64,000 bases of DNA from an uncultured virus (IMG/VR IMGVR_UViG_3300003375_000024) (IMGVR_UViG_3300003375_000024); one strand, 5' to 3'; counted from the first letter of the stretch, positions 49,161 to 58,816 are shown. Notes: generated by a model from the sequence alone, not told the origin. Translations and numbers: made by a program.

Positions 49161-49817
49161 GGCCTCAATGTGGGTCCACTCTTTTAACCATTGGACTGCG
49201 GATAAACCACGCTTACGTGCGGATTTGATATGTTCATCTTCCTTGATCTCTAATGATGTCTTGATGGTACGTAGGTTATATCTACGGATGGACACATTAA
49301 TGATGTTATAGCGGTTGATGTATGCTTCCATGTGTGGGTATAGTGTACCAAAGAAGCGGAGTTGTTCGTTTAGGCGTGTGGCCATGTAACGCATAACAGC
49401 TATAGGGTAGATGACATCAGGTAGGTCTGCATAGTTATCTGTATCATATTCGGTAGGATCTTTACTTAACACATAGTGGGTAAGTCTAATGTTCTCTGTG
49501 GTTGATTCTGGTGGCGGGAAGTTATCTAGGAGGTATCCGATGACTTCATTGGCCCGGTTGAATTGGTCTTGTTCATCTTGGCCAGGAACTAGGGCCAGGT
49601 TGACCATTGCTTGGGTTTGTAATCGTTGTGTATTCAGGGTAATCATATATGTCCTTGTTGGATTGTAATTCATTATACTATGGCCGCCTTTAATGGTCAA
49701 GTGTCCGGAGTCCTGTGTTGTGGAAATACAACCTGGATGATGGGGTAGGAGGAGGGCGGAATGAGGATATGGAGGCATAGATAGTTGGATTATAATCCAT
49801 AATGAATTAATTGTCAA
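49125..49817 (-). CDS. Hypothetical protein (real start probably near 49646 or 49673)
   Basis: The ORF ends inside the 27-bp repeat block. Confidence 0.5.
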   Translation of the reverse strand: MTINSLWIIIQLSMPPYPHSALLLPHHPGCISTTQDSGHLTIKGGHSIMNYNPTRTYMITLNTQRLQTQAMVNLALVPGQDEQDQFNRANEVIGYLLDNFPPPESTTENIRLTHYVLSKDPTEYDTDNYADLPDVIYPIAVMRYMATRLNEQLRFFGTLYPHMEAYINRYNIINVSIRRYNLRTIKTSLEIKEDEHIKSARKRGLSAVQWLKEWTHIEAEILAAKSTSEN

Positions 49818-50053
49818 GTGGTAGGCCTGGGCCGTTTTAAACCCTAGCAGATAGTGATTTAATTGTCAAGTGTTGTTTTCCTGCTACTCCGGAAATGGCA
49901 GGTGCCCACCACGTCCATCCCGGGATTTGCCCCTTCGAATACATAACAACATTGTAAAGCATCCTGATTTAATCGTCAAGTGGTGTAGGGGTTGACAATT
50001 AATTCACTGTATGAGATAATTCTTTTGTCGAAACAAACCACTCGGAGAACCAC

Positions 50054-50272
50054 ATGATGTTAACCACACCAGCCCAGATTCAGTTGTTCCAGTTAACTCA
50101 GTTAAAGGCAATGATTCAGTTAGAAGCCCTTGGAATGACTCGTAAGGGACGTTCCGCAACGGTAGTAGCTAAAGAGCTGCTTGGTCTTAAAAAGAGCACC
50201 AAACGCGAGGTGGTGCTGGCACAATTAGTTGCCAAGATACAAGAAGGTATGTTAGCATTGTCCACCAAGTAA
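50054..50272 (+). CDS. Early cassette hypothetical protein
   Basis: LE..GM...GRSA....K..LGLK; own promoter and RBS. Confidence 0.7.
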   Translation: MMLTTPAQIQLFQLTQLKAMIQLEALGMTRKGRSATVVAKELLGLKKSTKREVVLAQLVAKIQEGMLALSTK

Positions 50273-50433
50273 AAAATCGGTGGTTGACAATTAAATCAGC
50301 CACTTGTATAATTCAGTTGTTGCAGGAAATACGGCGGTAAACAAGTGGTTGGTTGACAATTAAATCAGCCACTTGTATAATTCAGTTGCTGTAGTAAATT
50401 TTTCATATTTTTAATTCAAACAAAAGGAATTTT

Positions 50434-50676
50434 ATGATCTTGAACGACCAAGTTTTTTCAGTACCAGCCACCCAGGTGTCTTTACTTAAGAATATCCCTA
50501 TGCCCCTATTGGAGCAAACCCGGGCTCGTCTTAAAAAGCAGGGTGTACGTTATACCATTCGTTATCGTGGTCCACGTGCCACAGCGCCGAATGACACCCG
50601 TAGTGCGGCAGCAAAGCGGTCTGATTGTCTCAAGGAAAACGCTAATCGTTTTACCGTGTACTGGCAGACAGTTTAG
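50434..50676 (+). CDS. Early cassette hypothetical protein
   Basis: RYRGPR...CLK.NA.RF.VY. Confidence 0.7.
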   Translation: MILNDQVFSVPATQVSLLKNIPMPLLEQTRARLKKQGVRYTIRYRGPRATAPNDTRSAAAKRSDCLKENANRFTVYWQTV

Positions 50677-50737
50677 TAGTTGACAATTAAATTCGGTGGG
50701 AGTATAATACTCCTACTGAATCTAACAAAGGAAAGTT

Positions 50738-50938
50738 ATGACACCTGTTAAACAGTTGGAAGATTACGCCATGCGGAATTACGAAGCTGGTGGTCATTGG
50801 GTAGTAGAGTGCTTCGAGGAAGCGGATTACCAGCGTTATTTGATGGTTGCTGGTGGTGCGGTGAATCGCGCTAAGCGGTTACTCAAGGAGTATTGGGTAT
50901 TTACCGAAGAGCAGTGCCGTGAGGTACAGGATTATTAA
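50738..50938 (+). CDS. Early cassette hypothetical protein
   Basis: A..NYE.GG.WVVEC. Confidence 0.7.
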   Translation: MTPVKQLEDYAMRNYEAGGHWVVECFEEADYQRYLMVAGGAVNRAKRLLKEYWVFTEEQCREVQDY

Positions 50939-50985
50939 CTCTTGACAATTAATTAACAGTAGGTTATAATATGATAAGCAATTAT

Positions 50986-51044
50986 CATATTGAAGTATAC
51001 TTGGCGTAAGTCGCTCCGTCCGCTGGCAAGTGTATTTCAATATG
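50986..51044 (+). ncRNA. Candidate small hairpin RNA in an ORF-less cassette
   Basis: 18-bp stem catattgaagtatacttg/caagtgtatttcaatatg with two G-U pairs. Confidence 0.4.
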
Positions 51045-51106
51045 GTACTTGACAATTAAACCCTTTAATGTTACTATATTATCTAAATAATTGAAAGGAG
51101 TTAACC

Positions 51107-51730
51107 ATGACTACAGAAATTATACGGAAATATATTGACATACTAGCCGAATCTGGGCTAAGCCGTGTTTACGACCATACCCGTAAGCATGATTATGGTA
51201 CTATTACCGCATTTAGGTACGCACCTGATTGTGGTACCGGTGAGCCATATACGCTGGCGCAAAATCAGGCTAGGAACAAGAGTCTATTGTCCAAGCTCCG
51301 TGCCAAGGGTTATAGCGTTACCAGTATAGCCGGTAGCTATATTGAGAATTATGGTACTGACCAGGCCAGAGAGGTAGCAGAGAATAGTTATCTGGTGGTT
51401 GATATTCAGGACCGTGGTACACTTGAGGCTGACCTATTAGCCCTAGGTGAGGAATTTGAGCAGGACAGTATTATTTTTGGTAGTGCTGGTGGTGACGGTG
51501 CGCTTATTGGCACTAATAACTGCCCAGATGGCTATCCTGGCTATCATAATAAGGCAGTCCAGGGTGGTGCTATATTTGGCAAGAGTGGTCAGTTTATGAG
51601 TAGAGTTAACGGCCGACCATTTGTATTTGCAGAAGGTACTGAAGTAGTGTATCATGGTGTAGCTAAGTATCCCACGGAATTACGTGGGTTGGTTGAAACT
51701 GCCAAGCGGCACTGGAGCGAATTGTTGTAG
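51107..51730 (+). CDS. Conserved phage hypothetical protein, possibly head-packaged
   Basis: IRKYIDILAE leader, ESGLSR, ITAFR and LGEEFEQDSI; TAAATA upstream. Confidence 0.7.
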   Translation: MTTEIIRKYIDILAESGLSRVYDHTRKHDYGTITAFRYAPDCGTGEPYTLAQNQARNKSLLSKLRAKGYSVTSIAGSYIENYGTDQAREVAENSYLVVDIQDRGTLEADLLALGEEFEQDSIIFGSAGGDGALIGTNNCPDGYPGYHNKAVQGGAIFGKSGQFMSRVNGRPFVFAEGTEVVYHGVAKYPTELRGLVETAKRHWSELL

Positions 51731-51790
51731 TTGACAATTAAATCAGGCTGTGAGATAATTCTTTTACTGAAACGAAACACGGAGAAAGAA

Positions 51791-52495
51791 ATGCCTAAAT
51801 TACTATCTACCGCCAACCCCAAGATTCAAAAGGGTGCCGCACGAGGTTATCTTAGTTTCATCCTCCACCTAGCGCCAGCTGATGAATCTGGCTATGAGGT
51901 ATGTCCAAAACGTAGTGCCGGTTGCACCAAAGGCTGCCTAAACAAGGCGGGCCACGGTGGTATGTTCAAGACTGGTGAGACTACCAACCACGTCCAGAAA
52001 GCCCGTATCCGTCGTACCAAGTACTTTTTTGAGAACCGTGATGCATTTATGCTTGACCTGGCTCTTGACATTACCCGTGCCTATACCAAGGCCAGAAAGC
52101 ATAACCTTACACCGGTTATCCGCCTGAACGGCACGTCCGACTTGTCATGGGAAAAGTATCTGGTACCTGGCTTTGATCGCAACCTGTTTGAGGTGTTTAA
52201 TTACATCCAATTCTACGATTACACTAAGGTGCTCGGCCGCAAGGTCAAGCATATTCCTAATTATCACTTGACATTTTCGCGGTCAGAGGATAATGAGGCT
52301 GATTGTCTCGAGGCGCGCCGCCAGGGCATGAATGTGGCCACTGTGTATGATACCATTCCTGATGGTGTTTTCTCTGCGGAGAATGACGACCTACGCTTCC
52401 TAGACCCACAGGTAGGCACTATTGGTTTGACTGCTAAAGGTCCTGCCAAGAAAGACTACAGTGGTTTCGTTATTCGTATCAAGCAGGTTGCTTGA
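51791..52495 (+). CDS. GP88-like phage protein (Cys-cluster, radical-SAM-related)
   Basis: LAPA..SG..VCP..S.GC...CL..AG.G, RLNGTSD, QFYDYTK, NYHLTFS and DLRFLDP. Confidence 0.72.
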   Translation: MPKLLSTANPKIQKGAARGYLSFILHLAPADESGYEVCPKRSAGCTKGCLNKAGHGGMFKTGETTNHVQKARIRRTKYFFENRDAFMLDLALDITRAYTKARKHNLTPVIRLNGTSDLSWEKYLVPGFDRNLFEVFNYIQFYDYTKVLGRKVKHIPNYHLTFSRSEDNEADCLEARRQGMNVATVYDTIPDGVFSAENDDLRFLDPQVGTIGLTAKGPAKKDYSGFVIRIKQVA

Positions 52496-52555
52496 CAATT
52501 AAATCAGGCAGGGCTACAATAGCCCTACTGAAACAAACAACACGGGAGCGAACCT

Positions 52556-52909
52556 ATGCATTATTATGATACCCTTGCCAAGTATGAGCGTGATGGTTTT
52601 AATGTCATTGTAGACAAGACCTGGGAAGACATTGACCCGCGTGATCAGTTTGATACCGAAGATGCCGCCGAGATTTGCAAAAAAATCAATGATGGCACCT
52701 ACGATTGGTTCATGTTGCGAGTGCGGGTCTTAGTAGAAGGGCTTGAGCTGGGATCCCACCACGTGGGAGGATGTTGCTATGAAGGTGCCCATGAAGTGCT
52801 CACGGATGGCCTTGCCGAAGACTGTATTCAAGAGGCACTTGCAGAGGCTAAAAAAGAGGTCTATCGCTTGAGGCAGAAGTTTGCCGAGATGTGCGAAGTT
52901 GACAATTAA
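52556..52909 (+). CDS. Early cassette hypothetical protein
   Basis: Own promoter and RBS; ends VDN* in the next cassette. Confidence 0.7.
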   Translation: MHYYDTLAKYERDGFNVIVDKTWEDIDPRDQFDTEDAAEICKKINDGTYDWFMLRVRVLVEGLELGSHHVGGCCYEGAHEVLTDGLAEDCIQEALAEAKKEVYRLRQKFAEMCEVDN

Positions 52910-52958
52910 ATCAGGTTAGGCTATAATTCTTTTACTGAAACGAAACACGGAGAACCAC

Positions 52959-53225
52959 ATGGCAGCAACCCCTCAAGTTCCGGCTATACCAGGTATGACC
53001 CCGTTGGGCATCAAGCCCAGTTATGACAAGACCCACAACGGACCGTGGGACCGTGGCTCGGCCGACTCATACTATCATCGTCCTAGTATCCCGCACTACT
53101 ATGACTGGTCTACAGGTGATCGCGTCCGAGTAGAGCGGGCCGATATGACGGCTGAGCAGGTGACTGCATATCAGGCTGGCTACCAGTGGAACGAGGACTT
53201 CGGTGATAAGAAATCTTGGGAGTAG
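52959..53225 (+). CDS. Early cassette hypothetical protein
   Basis: H.GPWDRGSADSYY.R...PHY...Y.AGY..NE..GDKK.W. Confidence 0.72.
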   Translation: MAATPQVPAIPGMTPLGIKPSYDKTHNGPWDRGSADSYYHRPSIPHYYDWSTGDRVRVERADMTAEQVTAYQAGYQWNEDFGDKKSWE

Positions 53226-53287
53226 TTGACAATTAAATCAGGCAGGGCTACAATAGCCCTACTGAAACAAACCACACGGAGAACCAC

Positions 53288-53635
53288 ATGACTACATTGT
53301 TAGAGCGTTTCCAACGTCTGGCACAATATGAAACTGCCACGATTGATAAGTTTAAGCAGGAGTTAGATAAAGACCCGGCGTATGCCCTGTCATGGGGATG
53401 CGAAGTGTTTGCCGCTGCTGCCAAGTTGCGTATACTTAAGCAACTGATCAATGCGCTAGAGGATGAACAGACTACTACCGAAAATATTCGAGATCATTTA
53501 ATGGGTCATATTATGCACAAAAGCCGGTACCCTGCACAGAGTACCAGTCCGACCAGTAATCTGATTGAGCAATATGAACTGGCGGCCTGTGCCAGGATTG
53601 TAGGTGATTTACCTCGCTACACTCTTGACAATTAA
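53288..53635 (+). CDS. Early cassette hypothetical protein
   Basis: Own promoter and RBS; ends LDN*. Confidence 0.7.
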   Translation: MTTLLERFQRLAQYETATIDKFKQELDKDPAYALSWGCEVFAAAAKLRILKQLINALEDEQTTTENIRDHLMGHIMHKSRYPAQSTSPTSNLIEQYELAACARIVGDLPRYTLDN

Positions 53636-53686
53636 ATCAAGTAGGGCTACAATAGCCCTACTGAAACAAACCACACGGAGTTAATA

Positions 53687-53872
53687 ATGGCTAAAGAATT
53701 TCAATGTACTACTTGTCATGGCAATAATGTATTGCAGGACGCATGGGTTAGCCTCAACGATCCCGAGGATGTTCAAACCTTTGACCAGACTTACTGCGAG
53801 GACTGTGGTGGTGAATGTAATGTTGAAGAGGTAGAAGTGTCGGAAGATGATGATGACGAGGTTGACAATTAA
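53687..53872 (+). CDS. Small zinc-ribbon protein with acidic tail
   Basis: CxxC...CxxC. Confidence 0.65.
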   Translation: MAKEFQCTTCHGNNVLQDAWVSLNDPEDVQTFDQTYCEDCGGECNVEEVEVSEDDDDEVDN

Positions 53873-53922
53873 ATCATAGTCGTTTACAATGTAGTTCTTG
53901 AAACAAAACTTACGGAGAAATT

Positions 53923-54195
53923 ATGAAACTGCAAGAAATCAAGCATGCCATTAAGTTTGGTGCATTTACCAATGACGAGTTGAACACCTTGTCCGAGGCA
54001 ATTAAGTTTGCTAGAACAGAATTGGTTCACGAAGTAAAGCGTGGGCTTAGCATTGGTGACAATGTTAGCTTTACCTCCTCACGTACCGGCAAGGATATCA
54101 CCGGGGTTGTAGAGAAGATCGCGGTCAAGTATGTTACCGTGCGTACCATTGAAGGTGGCTGGCGCGTACCTGCCAATATGTTAACGGCAGTTTAG
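53923..54195 (+). CDS. Early cassette protein with SH3-like C-terminus
   Basis: LSIGD.VSF......G.V.KI..K.V.V.....WRVPANML. Confidence 0.68.
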   Translation: MKLQEIKHAIKFGAFTNDELNTLSEAIKFARTELVHEVKRGLSIGDNVSFTSSRTGKDITGVVEKIAVKYVTVRTIEGGWRVPANMLTAV

Positions 54196-54271
54196 TACAG
54201 TGGACTAGGTTGACAATTAAATCAACCTAGTCTATAATTACCTTACTGAAACAAACAACACGGAGAAGTAA

Positions 54272-54691
54272 ATGGCAACTCGTTCAACTATTGCAATTGA
54301 AAATGCTGACGGTCTAGTGTTTCAAGTTTATTGTCATTGGGATGGCTATCTGTCGGGTGTAGGTAAGACCCTGCTTGATCATTATACCACCCCTGAGCAA
54401 GTCCATGAATTGATCTCACATGGTGATATTAGTTCACTAGGCACTACGATTGGCACTAAGCATGATTTTAATGCTATGGGCCATGATGGCACTACGTTCT
54501 ATGGTCGTGACCGTGGAGAATCAGGTTGTACAGCACGACTGTTTACCGACTTTTACGATTACACAGCTAACCATGAATGTCAAGAGTATGAATACATTAT
54601 GACCAAGGATGGCGTGTGGTTGGTTAGCAGTGATGGTTATGCTTACACTAGTCTGAAAGATCAGATTGCAATGGAATTGTCCTACGACTAA
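54272..54691 (+). CDS. Conserved phage early protein
   Basis: MATRSTI...YCHWDGY....G..L..HY, GDISSL and YGRDRGE. Confidence 0.75.
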   Translation: MATRSTIAIENADGLVFQVYCHWDGYLSGVGKTLLDHYTTPEQVHELISHGDISSLGTTIGTKHDFNAMGHDGTTFYGRDRGESGCTARLFTDFYDYTANHECQEYEYIMTKDGVWLVSSDGYAYTSLKDQIAMELSYD

Positions 54692-54767
54692 GTGAAGGCA
54701 AACGAGGTTGACAATTAAATCAACCTCGTTTACAATGTAGTTACTGAAACGAAACACGGAGCAAGCC

Positions 54768-54995
54768 ATGAAATACAGCAAAGTCGTTAACATTGGTAAT
54801 ATGTCAGAAGCCGAGATGCGTAAACTTCAGCCGGGTCAATGGGTCTACACCGACCAAGATCGTCCCTTATGGCGCGGTCGATTCTGGGGTGTTAAGCCAA
54901 GTGGCACCGTTGTTGTTGCGTGGCAAGGCAACGCAGTTAAGCAGTCCAAGTACTGGGAATACCAGTCCATGTTAAACAACTACGCAAAGGCTTAA
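54768..54995 (+). CDS. Early cassette hypothetical protein
   Basis: LQPGQWV...GRFWGV...G.VVVAW. Confidence 0.68.
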   Translation: MKYSKVVNIGNMSEAEMRKLQPGQWVYTDQDRPLWRGRFWGVKPSGTVVVAWQGNAVKQSKYWEYQSMLNNYAKA

Positions 54996-55259
54996 TATGT
55001 CTAATCAAGAGATCCGGGACTTCTACGACTCAAGTAATATTACGCTTAGGGAATTATCACGAATCACCGGCAAGAGTCAGGATGATTTGTTTCATATCCT
55101 TTGTTGCGAAGGTGATACCTTCTAGTATAACATAGAGGCAGGAGAGGATCCTGCCGGCGGTACTGCCTTCCACGGGGAAAATCATGTGAATCATCTGTTG
55201 ACAATTAAATCAATCTTGTTTACAATGTAGTTATTGAAGCAAACAACACGGAGAACGGC

Positions 55260-55658
55260 ATGAGAAACTTTGAACTGAAGAAACCTATGCGAGTTTTTGT
55301 CTACTTCAATCTACACAAGAAACTCTTTAGTGTAAGAGCATTAGAGGGCGACAAGAAAGGTCTGGTAGTGGCCCACGTTAATCGTATTCTGATTGATGAG
55401 CCAGAGTTTGTGGTATCAGAGGCAGGCAGACAGCGGGTGCTTCGTGAACAGAAGAAGAATGTACACGCCGGTCTCCGAGGCACCTGGACAGCCTGGGTTG
55501 ATGGTATTGAAGAGTGGGATCACCTAACTCCTGTTACCTACAATCCATACTTGTACAGTACCTTTGTAGAGAAGTCAACACTAGCACCGGTACACAAAGC
55601 AACCTTTGCTGTGCTGGACAATAAACGTATTTTCGCTGAACTTCAGGAGATAGCATAA
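55260..55658 (+). CDS. Conserved phage early protein
   Basis: VYFNLHKKLFSV...GRQRVLREQKKNVHA...YNPY. Confidence 0.75.
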   Translation: MRNFELKKPMRVFVYFNLHKKLFSVRALEGDKKGLVVAHVNRILIDEPEFVVSEAGRQRVLREQKKNVHAGLRGTWTAWVDGIEEWDHLTPVTYNPYLYSTFVEKSTLAPVHKATFAVLDNKRIFAELQEIA

Positions 55659-55909
55659 TGGCTAAAGTTTATATCAATGTACAAGTGAAATTGGTGTTGG
55701 ATACCGAAGATATTAAGGAGGCCATGGACGAGATTGAGTGGTCATTCAACTCAGGGGACTCTTGGGATGTTGTTGACCAAGAGATGGTCGAGTACGAAGT
55801 TTATGATGTCAAATAAAGGATCTCTGGTGTATTGACATTTAATTCATTGTCTATTATAATGTAGTTGTAGTGAATAACCTTTAACCTTTAACAAAGAGAG
55901 GAACCCAAA

Positions 55910-56479
55910 ATTCCAAATTGGTGCCAGAATTCCTTAACGATTTCCCACAATGACCCAGCTATGATTGCCCGGGCTAGACAGGCAGTTAAAGACGACAGGT
56001 TGCTTTCTGAATTTATTCCTGTGCCACAAGAATTGGTTGATACGGTATCTGGTGGCTATGCTGACGCAGAGGAACAGCGCAAGCTAGAGGAGCAGATTGC
56101 CAAGAATCTTGAAACCTATGGATGCAAGGACTGGTATGAGTTTTGTATCAATCAATGGGGTACCAAGTGGGATATAAATGGCGGTGAGATTGCAGGTGAA
56201 AGTGATACCAGTCTGACCATTTATTTTGAAACAGCCTGGAGCCCTCCTATTGAAGCCTATCGTAAGTTGGATGAGTTGGGCTTTAATATTGAAGCTATGT
56301 ATTACGAAGATGGTATGGCGTTTTGTGGCGAGTATACCACAGGGCATGGTGAGAACTCAATCAGTATTACTGGTGATAGTGACTGGGTTGAGGCGAATGT
56401 GCCTAGTCATATTGACGAGGCATTTGCCATTAGTGAGAACATGGCACAATGGGAAGAAGAGGACGAGGTTGACAATTAA
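55910..56479 (+). CDS. YubB/DUF1281-like ferredoxin-fold protein; apparent ATT start
   Basis: (I/M)PNWCQN N-terminus, WYEF...WGTKWD, FETAWSPP and YYE.GM.FCG. Confidence 0.75.
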   Translation: MPNWCQNSLTISHNDPAMIARARQAVKDDRLLSEFIPVPQELVDTVSGGYADAEEQRKLEEQIAKNLETYGCKDWYEFCINQWGTKWDINGGEIAGESDTSLTIYFETAWSPPIEAYRKLDELGFNIEAMYYEDGMAFCGEYTTGHGENSISITGDSDWVEANVPSHIDEAFAISENMAQWEEEDEVDN

Positions 56480-56532
56480 ATCAACCAGCTGTACAATGTA
56501 GTTCTTGAAGCAAACAACACACGGAGAAACAA

Positions 56533-56796
56533 ATGAAAGTATCTTATCTTACACAGTTTGTAGACCACAAGAATTCCTTTGCCAGTTTGTTTAAGCAACC
56601 ACAGCTTGACATCAGCAACGCACAGGACCGGCAGCGTATCGCCAATATGATAGACGGTGCTCTCTCGCCCGAGAACTTGACTTGCGACGGTGAACTCAGC
56701 CGCACCGAGGTCCAGCGTCGGTACCGAGAGTTAACAGGTGCCGCTAGAGAATTGCTGACACTTGATCCTTCAGTTAAGTTTTACGAGTACGAATAA
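56533..56796 (+). CDS. Early cassette hypothetical protein
   Basis: LSPENLTCDGELSR. Confidence 0.72.
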   Translation: MKVSYLTQFVDHKNSFASLFKQPQLDISNAQDRQRIANMIDGALSPENLTCDGELSRTEVQRRYRELTGAARELLTLDPSVKFYEYE

Positions 56797-56802
56797 TACC
56801 AA

Positions 56803-56820
56803 CGGGGCTTCGGCCCCGTT
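56803..56820 (+). terminator. GC hairpin with UUCG loop abutting the next promoter
   Basis: cggggc-ttcg-gccccg; similar hairpins at about 59665, 60516 and 61031. Confidence 0.65.
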
Positions 56821-56877
56821 GACAATTAAATCAGTATCGGCTACAATGTAGTTACTGAAACGAAACACGGAGTTAAT

Positions 56878-57111
56878 ATGACTACGCTAACCACACCTAG
56901 TTACTTGATGTACACCGAAGCAGGCGACGAGGACGTCCACAAGATTGTCGAAGTTGCATTAGCTCTTAAACTTACCTGGGCAGAAACATATCCCATGCTT
57001 GTACGCTTAGCCAAGTTACCAAATCGTGGTGATGCTACAGATACTTCCGTCCGAGAGTGCGTCCATGAAGCTATTGGCGCGTTTGACCGTTGCGAACCTT
57101 TTTACCTATAA
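56878..57111 (+). CDS. Early cassette hypothetical protein
   Basis: MYTEAGD..V...ATDTSVRE. Confidence 0.68.
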   Translation: MTTLTTPSYLMYTEAGDEDVHKIVEVALALKLTWAETYPMLVRLAKLPNRGDATDTSVRECVHEAIGAFDRCEPFYL

Positions 57112-57120
57112 GGCACCATC

Positions 57121-57369
57121 ATGCTAAAGAATTACGTAGTATTGTATCGCATTGAAAGCGTTATGTCACCACTAGACGCGCCGTTTGGTTTCCAGTGTTA
57201 CGCTGAAGACTCCGATCATGCCGAGGAACAATGTCTTAATGCCTATGGTGACTGTGATGTCGTCTGGGTACATCAAAGCACCCCAGATGCGGGTATGTCA
57301 GAAGCATTGAATGACTATTGGAATAATGGTATCGACGATCATAGTCCATACGGCACCATCAACTCCTAG
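57121..57369 (+). CDS. Hypothetical protein
   Basis: FQC.AED.DHAEEQCLNAY. Confidence 0.65.
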   Translation: MLKNYVVLYRIESVMSPLDAPFGFQCYAEDSDHAEEQCLNAYGDCDVVWVHQSTPDAGMSEALNDYWNNGIDDHSPYGTINS

Positions 57370-57465
57370 GATCTCAACCTAGAATCTCGGACCTAAAATC
57401 TCAACCTAGAATCTTAAACCTAGGTTGAGATTCTAATATCTCGGACCCGGATTTCGCGCGGCAGG
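57365..57465. repeat. Second block of TCAACCT/AGGTTGA repeats
   Basis: tctcaacctagaatct at 57372 and 57399 (27-bp period); 13-bp inverted repeat at 57397-57409/57420-57432. Confidence 0.75.
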
Positions 57466-57532
57466 TTCACGCTTGACAATTAAATCATCATGCACTATAA
57501 TGTTTATACATTAACACACGGGAGCAAGTGAT

Positions 57533-57694
57533 ATGCGTACATATAAAGCGTTCTACAAGGGCAAGTCATGTGTAGTGATAGCATCGTCATCATATGATGC
57601 CCAAGAGCAAGCCGCTAAGTTCTTCGGTGCTCGCAAATCATACCAGGTAGCTATTGTATTGGCTGATGTTGAAATTGATCCGGCGGGTCTGTAA
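57533..57694 (+). CDS. Early cassette hypothetical protein
   Basis: MRTYKAFYKGK...ASSSYDAQ.QAAKFFGARKSYQV. Confidence 0.65.
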   Translation: MRTYKAFYKGKSCVVIASSSYDAQEQAAKFFGARKSYQVAIVLADVEIDPAGL

Positions 57695-57882
57695 TGGATG
57701 ACATTACAATCGTTGTAATTGCCGGTGTTACCGCTATGAATGTGGTAGCGTTTATTGTAGGCTATATCTGGGGTGGCCACAATGAGCGAGTAGATTGGAA
57801 TGATTTGATTAAGGAAGGTAAGTTACCACGGCCTGTGGTAGAACCTTATCGGTACTATAATACCGTCAAGTACAGGAGATAG
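57694..57882 (+). CDS. Small membrane protein
   Basis: N-terminal TM segment. Confidence 0.55.
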   Translation: MDDITIVVIAGVTAMNVVAFIVGYIWGGHNERVDWNDLIKEGKLPRPVVEPYRYYNTVKYRR

Positions 57883-58007
57883 TTATGTTGGAACGAGGCA
57901 AAATTAAAGTGATTACCGAGTTGCTGGCGCAGTGGCAGTCAGGTGAGTTAAGTTCATATGACTTTGCTGAGGCAGTAAAGAAAGTGTTGTCGGTATAACC
58001 AAGGAGA

Positions 58008-58208
58008 ATGGCAATGTATCCTGACAAGAAGTTCGGACCACGTAAGGGCCTGGAAGGCCCGTTTACCTTTGTGAATGGCCGTGTCCTGTACTATGACGCC
58101 AAAGAAGGCCAGTATTATGATCCGCTAACGGATTTTTTTGTAGACAATGAGGAAATAGCCCTACTTCACGGCCTTCTGATGCGCCGTATACAGACTAACT
58201 CAATTTGA
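58008..58208 (+). CDS. Hypothetical phage protein
   Basis: PRKGLEGPF....GRVLYYD.KEGQYYDP.TDFF. Confidence 0.68.
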   Translation: MAMYPDKKFGPRKGLEGPFTFVNGRVLYYDAKEGQYYDPLTDFFVDNEEIALLHGLLMRRIQTNSI

Positions 58209-58466
58209 TTTAATTGTCAAGTGGTGTTGGAGATGGGTAGCCCCGCTGTCCATCCCGGGAAGCCCCTTCGAATACACTACCAGTATAACCCCTCCTGATT
58301 TAATTGTCAAGTCAATATAGCGGTTGACAATTAAATTCCAGTATGCAATAATTCGTTTGTTGACGAAAGCTGTATCGCAAAGCGAAAGCTAGCAGTTGAC
58401 AATTAAATCGTAGTCGGTTACAATGTAGTTCTTGAAGCGAAACGAAGTTCTTAAGCGAGAGCAAAT

Positions 58467-58646
58467 ATGTTTACTTACAATGAAAGCACCAAGTCGTTTG
58501 ACAGTGCAACAGAATCTATCTCGCTGTATGAGATAGAGCCGAGCTTGATGTACTCGCTGGTACGCAAGAGCGCAATTAGTGTTGCTGATTTTGAGCGTTG
58601 GCTTCAGCATTGCCAAGACGCATACATAGCGTTTAAAGCGAGTTGA
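58467..58646 (+). CDS. Early cassette hypothetical protein
   Basis: MFTYNESTKSF...; 59 aa, stop inside the next -35. Confidence 0.6.
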   Translation: MFTYNESTKSFDSATESISLYEIEPSLMYSLVRKSAISVADFERWLQHCQDAYIAFKAS

Positions 58647-58816
58647 CAATTAAATCGTAGTCGTTTACAATGTAGTTCTTGAAGCGAAACGAGTTCCACG
58701 GGAGACTGACGATCATGGTGATACAAGACTTAGCCCGACTAGTCCCGGGCAGGACGCTTGACAATTAAATCAGTATCGCTTATAATTCTTTTATCGAAAC
58801 GCAACGGAGAAAGACT

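Noticed and set aside
58678..58725. Possible hammerhead ribozyme (GAAAC...CTGACGA)
   Set aside because: Stem II cannot be formed and stem III would have only a 2-nt loop.
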